Assembly (NCBI GenBank): GCA_902789675.1
Contig: CADAPG010000005.1
Coordinates: forward strand, 868-64,867
Direction of reading: 5' to 3'
Origin: an uncultured Eubacteriales bacterium
GTDB taxonomy: Bacteria; Bacillota; Clostridia; Christensenellales; CAG-138
Length of the DNA stretch: 64,000 bases
A program made the translations under genes and the position numbers. The notes below the pieces were generated by a model that saw nothing but the letters and a program-made list of their open reading frames with translations, made no database searches and had not been told where the DNA came from. How positions within the stretch are numbered: position 1 is the stretch's first letter; every line of letters starts with the position of its first letter. This document shows, piece after piece, positions 55,570-64,000 of the stretch.

Positions 55570-57660
55570 ATGTTCAGAGTGTTCGAAACCATGGTAGGCG
55601 ATCGCAAGCTGATCGTCGAAACCGGAAAGTACGCCGAGCAAGCGGGCGGCAACTGCCTCGTGCGCTGCGGCGGAACGGCGGTCATGGTCAACGCAACGGT
55701 CGCAAAGGAACCGCGCGACGGCGTTGATTTTCTGCCGCTGTCCATTGAATTTGAAGAGAAGCTGTACGCGGTCGGCAAGATCCCCGGCGGCTTCATCAAG
55801 CGCGAAGGCCGCCCGACCGAAAAGGCGATCCTGACGAGCCGCTTGATCGACCGTCCGCTGCGTCCGTTGTTCCCGAAGGGATTCTACAACGACGTGCAGG
55901 TCATCGCGACCGTGCTCTCCGTGGAGCAGGACGTCCAGCCCGACGTGCTGGGCATGATCGGCTCCTCCATTGCGCTGTCCATCAGCAACGCTCCGTTCAT
56001 GGGTCCGACGGGCTCCGTGGCGGTCGGCATGATCGACGGCGAGTATATCCTGAACCCCGACTGCGCGCAGCGTGAAAAGAGCCGCCTTGCGCTGACCGTC
56101 GCCGGCACGCGCGACGCCGTCATGATGGTCGAGGCGGGTGCGAACGAGGTCACCGAGGAGGAAATGCTCGGCGCGATCCTGTTTGCGCATGAGGAGATCA
56201 AGAAGATCGTCGACTTCATCGAGATGATCCAGAAGGAAGTCGGCAAACCCAAGATGGAAGTCAACATCCACGTTCCGGACGAAGACCTCAACCGCCGCGT
56301 GCGCGAGTACGCGATGGACAAGGTCGTCTGGCAGATGGACACCTTCGACCGCCACGAGCGCGAGATGCGCACCGAGCAGGTCAAGGAGGAGACCAAGGCA
56401 GCGTTCGCGGAGTCCGATCCCGGCATGGAGAAGGACGTCGACGCGATCCTGTACCAGATGCAGAAGGAAGTCATGCGCGACAAGATCATCAACAAGAAGA
56501 TCCGTCCCGACGGACGCGCGCAGGACGAGATCCGTCCGATCTGGAGCGAGGTCCACATGCTTGAGCGTCCGCACGGCAGCGCGGTGTTCACCCGCGGTCA
56601 GACGCAGGTCATGACGATCGCGACCCTCGGCACCATTGCCGAAGCGCAGATCCTCGACGGGCTGACCCTCGAAGACAGTAAGCGCTACATGCATCAGTAC
56701 AACATGCCGCCGTATTCGACCGGTGAAACGCGCCCCGTGCGCAGCCCCGGCCGCCGCGAGATCGGTCACGGCGCTTTGGCGGAGCGCGCGCTCCTGCCGG
56801 TGCTTCCGAGCGAGGAGGAGTTCCCGTACTGCATGCGTCTGGTCTCCGAAGTCATCAGCTCGAACGGCTCCACGTCGCAGGCTTCGATCTGCGCGAGCAC
56901 GCTGGCGCTGATGGACGCGGGCGTTCCGATCAGGAAGCCCGTTGCGGGCGTTGCGATGGGTCTCATCAAGGACGTCGAGAGCGGCAACATCGCGATCCTC
57001 ACCGACATCCAGGGTCTCGAGGACTTCCTCGGCGACATGGACTTCAAGGTGGCGGGCACGCGTGACGGCATCACCGCGATCCAGATGGACATCAAGATCA
57101 AGGGCATCGACCGCGAGATCCTGACCAGAGCGCTGGAGCAGGCGCGCAAGGGCCGTCTGTTCATCCTGGACAAGATGGCGGAGACGATCGCCGAGCCGCG
57201 CGCAGAGCTTTCGCCCTATGCGCCGCGCATCCTCTCCTTCAAGATCAATCCGGACAAGATCCGCGACGTCATCGGCAGCGGCGGCAAGACCATCAACGGC
57301 ATCATCGCGAAGACCGGCGTCAAGATCGACATCGAGGACGACGGCAGTGTGTTCATCGCGTCGCCCGACCAGGCGGCTGCCGAGGAAGCGAAGCGCATCA
57401 TCGACGGCATCGTCGAGGAAATCGAAGTCGGCAAGGTCTATCTCGGCACGGTGGTCAACATCAAGGAGTTCGGCGCATTCGTGAACCTGAAGCCCGGCAC
57501 CGACGGACTGTTGCACATCTCGCGCATCGCGAAGGAGCGCGTGAACAAGGTTGAGGACGTTCTGAACCTCGGCGATCAGGTGCTCGTGCGCGTGATCGAG
57601 ATCGACCCGAAGACCGGCAAGATCAGCCTGACCCGCAAGGATCTGCTGCCCGACGCATAA
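55570..57660 (+). CDS. pnp: Polyribonucleotide nucleotidyltransferase (PNPase)
   Basis: 696 aa with two RNase PH domains plus KH and S1 domains. The rpsO-pnp order is conserved. Confidence 0.97.
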   Translation: MFRVFETMVGDRKLIVETGKYAEQAGGNCLVRCGGTAVMVNATVAKEPRDGVDFLPLSIEFEEKLYAVGKIPGGFIKREGRPTEKAILTSRLIDRPLRPLFPKGFYNDVQVIATVLSVEQDVQPDVLGMIGSSIALSISNAPFMGPTGSVAVGMIDGEYILNPDCAQREKSRLALTVAGTRDAVMMVEAGANEVTEEEMLGAILFAHEEIKKIVDFIEMIQKEVGKPKMEVNIHVPDEDLNRRVREYAMDKVVWQMDTFDRHEREMRTEQVKEETKAAFAESDPGMEKDVDAILYQMQKEVMRDKIINKKIRPDGRAQDEIRPIWSEVHMLERPHGSAVFTRGQTQVMTIATLGTIAEAQILDGLTLEDSKRYMHQYNMPPYSTGETRPVRSPGRREIGHGALAERALLPVLPSEEEFPYCMRLVSEVISSNGSTSQASICASTLALMDAGVPIRKPVAGVAMGLIKDVESGNIAILTDIQGLEDFLGDMDFKVAGTRDGITAIQMDIKIKGIDREILTRALEQARKGRLFILDKMAETIAEPRAELSPYAPRILSFKINPDKIRDVIGSGGKTINGIIAKTGVKIDIEDDGSVFIASPDQAAAEEAKRIIDGIVEEIEVGKVYLGTVVNIKEFGAFVNLKPGTDGLLHISRIAKERVNKVEDVLNLGDQVLVRVIEIDPKTGKISLTRKDLLPDA

Positions 57661-57700
57661 GATCGGGAAAATCGGGGGAAACAAGGAACAGAATCAGGAG

Positions 57701-57727
57701 GGGCAGAGGGACTTCTGCCCTTCTTTT
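57701..57727 (+). terminator. Intrinsic terminator after pnp
   Basis: GGGCAGA ... TCTGCCC followed by ttctttt. Confidence 0.65.
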
Positions 57728-57746
57728 ACAATCGGAGGTATCGGAT

Positions 57747-59036
57747 ATGATCGAAACGACCGTTCTCAAAAACGGCATTCGCGTGATGACGGAGCATATG
57801 GCGTCGGTGCGCTCGGTGGCGATCGGCGTGTGGGTCAACGCGGGCTCGGTCTTTGAGTCGGACGCGGAGGCGGGCGTTTCCCACTTCATCGAGCACATGC
57901 TCTTCAAGGGCACCGAAACGCGCGGCGCTTCGGACATTGCCGCGGAAATGGACGCGATCGGGGCGAACCTCAACGCCTTCACCGCAAAGGAGTGCACCTG
58001 CTTCCATGTGAAGGCGCTGGACGAGGACCTCGAAAAAGCGGTCGACATGCTTTCGGACATCGTTTTGAGAAGCACGTTCGATCCGGAGCAGATGGCGCTC
58101 GAAAAGGGCGTCGTGCTCGAGGAGATCGCCATGACCGAGGACAGCCCGGAGGACATCGTGTTCGACCGCGCCAGCGAACAGCTCTTTGCGGGAACGCCGA
58201 TCGAGTCCGAGATCCTCGGTACGGAAAAGACCGTAAACCGCCTTTCGCGCGAGGATCTTCTGCGTTACATGCAGAAGCATTACACGGCGGAGAACATCGT
58301 GATCGCCGTTGCGGGAAGCTTCGAACGCGAAAACCTGATCGCGCTGCTCGAACGGTACTTTGCGGACGTTCTGCACGGCGAGCGGCACAAGACGCCGTCC
58401 GTGTCGATGCGTCCGGGATTCCGCACCGCGCTCGTCAAAAAGGACGTGGAGCAGATCAATCTGTGCCTTGCGCTGCCCGGCGCGGCGCTCGGCACCGACG
58501 CATACTATGCGCAGGCGGTGCTTTCGAACGCTCTGGGCGGCAGCATGAGCTCGCGACTGTTCCAGCGGATCCGCGAGGAACGCGGGCTTGCGTACTCCGT
58601 CTATTCCTATCCGATGGCATACCGCGGCGCGGGCAGCCTCTGCTTCTATGCGGGCTGCACGGAGGGGCAGGCGAAGGAGGTCCTTTCGCTGATGCTCGCG
58701 GAGATCGAAGACGTGAAGCGGAACGGCATATCCGAGGAGGAATTCCTCCGCGCAAGGCAGCAGCTGAAGGGCAGCTACGTGCTCGGCATGGAATCCACGA
58801 TGGCGCACATGAGCGCGCTCGGCAAAACCGCGCTGCTTCTGGAAAAAGAATATGATCTGGAGGCTACCCTGAACCGCATCGATTGTGTTACAATAGAAGC
58901 GGTGAAGGCTGCTGCGCGGGAACTGTTCACGCCGGAGACCGCCGCGTTCTGCGCGGTGGGACGGCTTGACGGCGTCGGGGACGCGCTGAAATCTGCCGCA
59001 GAGGATTGGTGGAACAAACATGGAAGACAGGCTTGA
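57747..59036 (+). CDS. M16-family (pitrilysin-like) zinc peptidase
   Basis: HxxEH motif in GVSHFIEHMLFKGT. Confidence 0.85.
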   Translation: MIETTVLKNGIRVMTEHMASVRSVAIGVWVNAGSVFESDAEAGVSHFIEHMLFKGTETRGASDIAAEMDAIGANLNAFTAKECTCFHVKALDEDLEKAVDMLSDIVLRSTFDPEQMALEKGVVLEEIAMTEDSPEDIVFDRASEQLFAGTPIESEILGTEKTVNRLSREDLLRYMQKHYTAENIVIAVAGSFERENLIALLERYFADVLHGERHKTPSVSMRPGFRTALVKKDVEQINLCLALPGAALGTDAYYAQAVLSNALGGSMSSRLFQRIREERGLAYSVYSYPMAYRGAGSLCFYAGCTEGQAKEVLSLMLAEIEDVKRNGISEEEFLRARQQLKGSYVLGMESTMAHMSALGKTALLLEKEYDLEATLNRIDCVTIEAVKAAARELFTPETAAFCAVGRLDGVGDALKSAAEDWWNKHGRQA

Positions 59037-59406
59037 AATGATTTTCCGGCTGCAGAAGCTCCTTGACGAGGACATCATGGAGCGGCGGCATCTGGAGTTT
59101 CCCTATGAGGTATGGATGCAGAAGGACATCCTTGCCTGCATGGACGAGCTCACGGAGCTTTTGAACGAGCTGAACTGGAAGTGGTGGAAGAACGAAAAGC
59201 CGCTGGATCCGGGGGCGATCCGGGGCGAGCTCGTCGACGTGCTGCACTTTTTCGTGAGCATGTGCTTAAGGAGCGGCATGACGGCGCAGGACCTGTTCGA
59301 CGGATACGTCGCAAAGAACAGGGAGAACTTCGACCGCCAGTACGGCAGATCCCAAAAGACGGGTTATGAGGTAAATTCGAATGGAACGGAGCTTCCGGGC
59401 AAGTAA
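59020..59406 (+). CDS. Dimeric (all-alpha, YncF-like) dUTPase-family protein
   Basis: ILACMDELTELLNELNWKWWK ... GELVDVLHFFVSMC resembles the dimeric dUTPase/MazG-like helical pattern. Confidence 0.55.
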   Translation: MEDRLEMIFRLQKLLDEDIMERRHLEFPYEVWMQKDILACMDELTELLNELNWKWWKNEKPLDPGAIRGELVDVLHFFVSMCLRSGMTAQDLFDGYVAKNRENFDRQYGRSQKTGYEVNSNGTELPGK

Positions 59407-60664
59407 ACGGTTTTATCTGCTTCTGGGCGCAAGCGGCGTGCTGCTGATCGCCTTCGTGGTCGGCGCGATCTGGCTGATGCGAAAGGTCACGGGCAACGTG
59501 CGGAAGCTCGAGCAGATGACGCTTTATACCGAGGTCGAGAGCGAGGCGGTCGTTGTGCGCAGCGAGCGTCTGTTCACCGAGTCCGCAAGCGAAAGCCGCA
59601 TCCTGTTCTCGGAGGGCGCAACGGTCTCCGAGGGCGACGCGATCGCCGTGCTGTTCCCGTATTCCTACGAGAGCACGCTCAACACGATCTGCACCAGGGA
59701 AGCGACGCTGTACATGACCATGCTGAACGTGATCAAAACGGCGACCGGCGGAACGGTCCCGTCGGAGATCACACAGTACAACGAGCGGATCGGCTCGATC
59801 TCGAAGCAGATGCGCGGGGCGTCGAACCGGGAACGCGATCCGGTCAACTACGCAAAGCTCGAAGCACAGCTGACTGCGGTGCTCGCGCAGCGGCGAGCGG
59901 TCATGCTCGACTGGCTCGATCTGCACACCCGCAAAACGGCGGAGGACGCGAGCAATCCCTCCAAGAACGTGGAACAGAGCGCGCTTGACGACGTGAACCG
60001 CGAGGCGGCGGAGATCGACGCGCTGCGGTCCAATTTCGAACAGAACAGCGCGCGCACGGTCACGTCCGAATACAACGGCTATGTGAGCTTCTATTCCGAC
60101 GCGAACGAGGACAACCTGCGCGACGTCTCGCAGCTCACGGTGCCGCTGATCAAGCGAATCCTGAACGCGCCGTCGATCAGTATGGACAACGAAAACTTCA
60201 GCTACCGCATCGTGACCGACCGTACGTCGTTCTATCTCGCGTTCGTGCAGAGCGGCAAGAGCGCCGACCGTCTGATGCCGGGTCTGACCTATTCGTTCAC
60301 CGTCAAGGGCATCCGGCAGGCGTATCAGGGCAGGATCATCACGGAGCGCGACACCGCGTCCGGCGTTCTGTACGTCATGCAGGTCAACGCCGACGTGCGG
60401 CCGCTGCTCACCACGCGCGTGGTCGAGATCTCCGTGCAGAACAACGCGACGGGGCTGTACGTGCCGGTCGACTACCTGCAGTATACCGACGGCGTTCCCT
60501 ATATTTACGCGAAATCGACGGACGGCACCTTCCAGAAGGTCGCGGTGTACGTCGCGGGAAGCGACGGCGAGAACGCGATCATCAGCGCGCGCGACAGCCA
60601 CATCACGCTGTTTGCGGGGCTGAAGGTGCGCATTCCGGTGGAAGAGGAGGAAAAGAAGTCGTGA
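59381..60664 (+). CDS. Membrane-anchored hypothetical protein, possibly a HlyD-like barrel-sandwich protein
   Basis: N-terminal TM helix followed by a predicted beta/coiled-coil region. The family assignment is weak. Confidence 0.35.
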   Translation: MERSFRASKRFYLLLGASGVLLIAFVVGAIWLMRKVTGNVRKLEQMTLYTEVESEAVVVRSERLFTESASESRILFSEGATVSEGDAIAVLFPYSYESTLNTICTREATLYMTMLNVIKTATGGTVPSEITQYNERIGSISKQMRGASNRERDPVNYAKLEAQLTAVLAQRRAVMLDWLDLHTRKTAEDASNPSKNVEQSALDDVNREAAEIDALRSNFEQNSARTVTSEYNGYVSFYSDANEDNLRDVSQLTVPLIKRILNAPSISMDNENFSYRIVTDRTSFYLAFVQSGKSADRLMPGLTYSFTVKGIRQAYQGRIITERDTASGVLYVMQVNADVRPLLTTRVVEISVQNNATGLYVPVDYLQYTDGVPYIYAKSTDGTFQKVAVYVAGSDGENAIISARDSHITLFAGLKVRIPVEEEEKKS

Positions 60665-61368
60665 CGATCCGGGAAAATCTCGAACAGGTACGGGAGCGGA
60701 TGGCGCTTGCGTGCCAAAGGAGCGGCAGAGCGGAGCGCGACGTGACGCTGATCGCGGTCACCAAGTTTGTCGAAACGGCAAGGATCGCGGAGGCGGTTGC
60801 GGCGGGCGTGACCGAAATCGGCGAGAATCGCGCGCAGGAGTTCTCCGAAAAGTTAAATTTTTATAAACAGAATCATTTACGGGCTCATTTTATTGGACAA
60901 CTGCAGACGAACAAGGTAAAATATGTTTGCGGGAAAGCGGATCTGATCCAATCGGTGGATCGCGAACCGCTGCTCGACGCGATCGCCGCGTACGCCGCAA
61001 AGAACGGCGTGACGCAGGACATCCTGATCGAAGTCAACATCGGCCGTGAGGAACAGAAGGGCGGCGTTCTGCCGGAGGCGCTCGACGCGCTTACGGAAAG
61101 GATCGCATCGCTCGAATCCGTTCGGCTGCGGGGACTGATGTGCGTGCCGCCGGCGGTGGACCGGGAAGCGGTCCGGGTCTATTTCCGGGAGATGCGCTGC
61201 CGGTTCGAACGTCTGACGGCGGCGTATCCGCAGCTTCCGATCGACACCCTGTCGATGGGAATGAGCCACGATTTTGACACCGCGATCGAGGAAGGCGCAA
61301 CGACCGTTCGCGTCGGGACAGCGATCTTCGGACCGCGTATTATTACGGGAGGAAAACAGAATGGGTAA
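60661..61368 (+). CDS. yggS: YggS/YlmE-family PLP homeostasis protein
   Basis: VTLIAVTKFV (PLP lysine), GENRAQE and the C-terminal VRVGTAIFG. Confidence 0.9.
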   Translation: MTIRENLEQVRERMALACQRSGRAERDVTLIAVTKFVETARIAEAVAAGVTEIGENRAQEFSEKLNFYKQNHLRAHFIGQLQTNKVKYVCGKADLIQSVDREPLLDAIAAYAAKNGVTQDILIEVNIGREEQKGGVLPEALDALTERIASLESVRLRGLMCVPPAVDREAVRVYFREMRCRFERLTAAYPQLPIDTLSMGMSHDFDTAIEEGATTVRVGTAIFGPRIITGGKQNG

Positions 61369-61789
61369 GTTTTTGAATTTCATCGGACTGGAAGAGAACG
61401 ACGACGAAGAGATCCTCAACGACGAGGCGCAGCCGGAACAGCCGAAGCGCGAGCCGCGCTCGAGACGCCGTGAGAACGCTCTGGTCGGCGGAGGAGATCC
61501 GCAGCCGGTTCCTTCGAGCGTTGCGTCGATGAAGATGATCGTGTATCATCCGGTCTGCTACGACGACGCGCAGAGTATCGTCGACAATCTCAAGAATCGC
61601 CGCCCGGTCATCGTCAATATGGAGGAGCTCGACGGGAACTGCGCGCAGCGCGTGCTGGACTTTCTGCTCGGTTCGATCTATGCGCTGAACGGCACGATCA
61701 ACAAGATCTCGAGAGGGATCTTCCTGGTTGCCCCGCGCGACGTCGACGTCGAGGACACCGGCGAGGATTCCGGCTACACCGACATGTAA
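61361..61789 (+). CDS. sepF: Cell division protein SepF
   Basis: MKMIVYHPVCYDDAQSIVDNLKNRRPVIVNMEELD...RVLDFLLGSIYALNGTINKIS. Start MGKFLNF at 61361. Confidence 0.9.
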   Translation: MGKFLNFIGLEENDDEEILNDEAQPEQPKREPRSRRRENALVGGGDPQPVPSSVASMKMIVYHPVCYDDAQSIVDNLKNRRPVIVNMEELDGNCAQRVLDFLLGSIYALNGTINKISRGIFLVAPRDVDVEDTGEDSGYTDM

Positions 61790-61798
61790 TTTCGCTCC

Positions 61799-62086
61799 AT
61801 GATCAAGGCGGAGAACATCGTCAATAAGGAGTTTCGCAAATCTCTGTTCGGGTACGACCGCGAGGACGTGGACAAGTATCTGGACGAATTGATCGTGCAG
61901 CTCCGTCAGATGGAGGAGGAGCGCAAGGAGATGGTCGCCACCATCGAATACCTCGTTTCGGAGGTCACCGATCAGGGCGTCCGGGACGCGAGACTGGACC
62001 GCGTGGTCGGACCGATCTCTCCGCACGCCACGGTCAGCGACGAGGAACGCAGACGCGCACAGGAATTGGAAAAGAGCATCCAATGA
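61799..62086 (+). CDS. divIVA: Short DivIVA-domain protein
   Basis: NKEFRKSLFGYDREDVDKYLDELIVQL N-terminal DivIVA motif. Confidence 0.75.
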   Translation: MIKAENIVNKEFRKSLFGYDREDVDKYLDELIVQLRQMEEERKEMVATIEYLVSEVTDQGVRDARLDRVVGPISPHATVSDEERRRAQELEKSIQ

Positions 62087-63993
62087 ACCGAAAGCCGATC
62101 AACCGAATACCGCCCTTATCGGCACAGGAAATGAAAGCCCGCGGAATCGACGGGCTTGATTTTGTGTATATCAGCGGCGACGCGTACATCGATCATCCGA
62201 GCTTCGGCACGGCGATCATTGCGCGCGTGCTGCAAAGCCGCGGGTATTCGGTCGGCATCCTGGCGCAGCCGGACTGGCACGACGTCGAGGTGTTCCGGAG
62301 CATGGGCAAGCCGCGGCTCGGGTTTCTGGTGTCCGCGGGCAACCTCGATTCGATGGTCGATCACTATACCGCCGCAAAGCACAGAAGAAGCGACGACGCC
62401 TATACCCCCGGCGGCAGGGCGGGCAAGCGCCCCGACCGCGCCGTGATCGTGTACGCAAACCGCTGCAGGGAGGCGTTTCCGCACGTGCCGGTGCTGATCG
62501 GCGGGATCGAAGCAAGCCTTCGCCGCTTCGCCCATTACGACTACTGGGACGACAGGGTACGCCACTCGATCCTGTACGACGCGGGCGCGGACATTCTGAT
62601 GTACGGCATGGGCGAGCGCAGCGTGGTTGCGATCGCCGACGCGCTGGACGCGGGCGTTCCCGTGCACGAGATCCGGGACGTGCCCGGCACGTGCTTCCGC
62701 GTGAACGACCCGGGTGAGGTTCCGGACGCGGTACTGCTGCCGTCGTACACGGAGGTGGCAGGCGATAAGCGCAGGTATGCCGAAGCCTTTAAGCTGCAGT
62801 TCGAGGAGCAGGACGCGATCCGCGGGCATCGGCTTATCCAGGCGCACGAAAAAGGGTATCTCGTGCAGAATCCGCCGCAGGCGCCGCTTTCGACCGAGGA
62901 GATGGACGCGGTCTATGCGCTGCCGTTTACGCGGCGTCCGCACCCGTCCTACAAAGAGCCGATCCCCGCGATCGACGAGGTGAAGTTTTCGATCACCTCC
63001 TGCCGCGGGTGCTTCGGCGGCTGCAATTTCTGCGCGCTGACGTTCCATCAGGGGCGCGTGATCTCGGCGCGAAGCCACGAGTCGATCCTCAAAGAGGCGC
63101 GGGAGATGACGAAGGATCCCGAGTTCAAGGGCTTTATCCACGACGTCGGCGGACCGACCGCGAACTTCCGAAAGCCCGCGTGTCATAAGCAACTCAAGAG
63201 CGGCGTGTGCAAAAACCGCTCCTGCATCGGCTATGAGCGCTGTCAAAACCTGGAGGTCAGCCACGAGGACTACGTCGCGCTTCTAAAGAAGCTGCGCGCC
63301 GTGCCGGGTGTCAAGAAGGTGTTCATCCGCAGCGGCGTGCGCTTCGATTATCTGCTGTACGACAAAAGCGACGCGTTCCTTCGGGAGCTCTGCGAGCATC
63401 ACATCTCCGGACAGCTCAAGATCGCGCCGGAGCACATCGCGGACCGCACGCTCTACTACATGAACAAGACGCCGCACGCGCTCTATGAGGAGTTTATCAA
63501 ACGCTACGAGCGCATGAACGCGCGGCTCGGCAAAAAGCAGTTCGTCGTGCCGTACCTGATGAGCTCGCACCCGGGATGCACGCTCAGCGACGCGATCGAG
63601 CTTGCGCAGTATCTCAAAAAGATCGGGCACCGTCCGCAGCAGGTGCAGGACTTTTACCCGACGCCGGGAACGGTGTCGACCTGCATGTATCATACCGGGC
63701 TTGACCCGAGAACGATGCAGCCGGTGTTCGTGCCCAAAAGTCCGCAGGAGAAGGCGATGCAGCGGGCGCTGATGCAGTTTTTCCTGCCCGCAAATTTCAG
63801 CACGGTTCGAAAAGCGCTTAAGCTTGCAAACCGCGAGGATCTGATCGGCACGGGCAAAAATGCGCTTGTTCCGCCGGAGCGCACGCGTGAAATGTCCGCG
63901 CAGGGAACAAAACCGCAGCGGAAACGCGAAATCCCGCCAAAAAAGGAAAAACAGGCAAAGAAATCTGTTGACAAACGGCGCCGGAATGGTTAA
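62083..63993 (+). CDS. ygiQ: YgiQ-family (UPF0313) radical SAM protein
   Basis: CRGCFGGCNFCALTFHQG cluster motif, typical size, basic C-terminal tail. Confidence 0.9.
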   Translation: MNRKPINRIPPLSAQEMKARGIDGLDFVYISGDAYIDHPSFGTAIIARVLQSRGYSVGILAQPDWHDVEVFRSMGKPRLGFLVSAGNLDSMVDHYTAAKHRRSDDAYTPGGRAGKRPDRAVIVYANRCREAFPHVPVLIGGIEASLRRFAHYDYWDDRVRHSILYDAGADILMYGMGERSVVAIADALDAGVPVHEIRDVPGTCFRVNDPGEVPDAVLLPSYTEVAGDKRRYAEAFKLQFEEQDAIRGHRLIQAHEKGYLVQNPPQAPLSTEEMDAVYALPFTRRPHPSYKEPIPAIDEVKFSITSCRGCFGGCNFCALTFHQGRVISARSHESILKEAREMTKDPEFKGFIHDVGGPTANFRKPACHKQLKSGVCKNRSCIGYERCQNLEVSHEDYVALLKKLRAVPGVKKVFIRSGVRFDYLLYDKSDAFLRELCEHHISGQLKIAPEHIADRTLYYMNKTPHALYEEFIKRYERMNARLGKKQFVVPYLMSSHPGCTLSDAIELAQYLKKIGHRPQQVQDFYPTPGTVSTCMYHTGLDPRTMQPVFVPKSPQEKAMQRALMQFFLPANFSTVRKALKLANREDLIGTGKNALVPPERTREMSAQGTKPQRKREIPPKKEKQAKKSVDKRRRNG

Positions 63994-64000
63994 AATAGCT

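Noticed and set aside
55504-57684. 726-aa minus-strand ORF
   Set aside because: It is antisense to pnp.

Overview
The window has two parts. Nt 1-16520 is AT-rich, roughly 40% GC by eye (not computed). Everything to the right is GC-rich (over 60% by eye), where every real gene carries long spurious antisense ORFs. The switch occurs within about 80 nt of an initiator tRNA-fMet (16523-16598, minus strand) whose 3' end faces the AT-rich block. I therefore read the left part as a horizontally acquired defence island at a tRNA; no integrase is visible, and the island runs off the left edge.

The island carries a type I R-M operon (half-size hsdS, hsdM, full hsdS, hsdR, DUF45/M48 peptidase). Four non-RM genes are nested inside it and translationally coupled: rhuM, a 2-TM protein, a DUF2971-like protein, and a 57-aa Cys-rich sORF missing from the ORF track.

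The best candidate for an undescribed system lies at 10215-15996. Two gene cassettes each begin with the same 51-nt leader element containing a conserved 12-codon micro-ORF. Together they encode three consecutive proteins with an (R/C)-N-x-x-x-H HEPN-type motif: a 444-aa ApeA-like protein, a 192-aa mini-HEPN and a 398-aa degenerate one. Their partners are a 2-TM protein, a small acidic protein and a Zn-ribbon/TM/DUF6273 protein.

The right part is core genome of a high-GC sporulating Firmicute, probably Oscillospirales-like (inference):
- surE, cmk, plsC and an ispH-rpsA fusion
- two paralogous BMP-family ABC transporter operons
- ytfJ, dac and rluB
- a blaI/blaR1-like pair
- adenine deaminase
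- a Na+-decarboxylase operon and pgsA
- the rimP-nusA-ylxR-L7Ae-infB-rbfA-nrnA-truB-ribF-rpsO-pnp block
- M16 peptidase, yggS, sepF, divIVA and ygiQ

Non-genic signals in the core:
- 13 tandem copies of a 14-bp AT-rich unit (39128-39309) between convergent terminators
- a decayed duplicate of the last ~19 codons of an ABC permease gene, which brackets the blaI/blaR1 module
- a REP-like triple hairpin between truB and ribF
- an in-frame ~24-aa gap in SurE

All calls come from reading ORF translations and motifs by eye. No homology search or computation was run.
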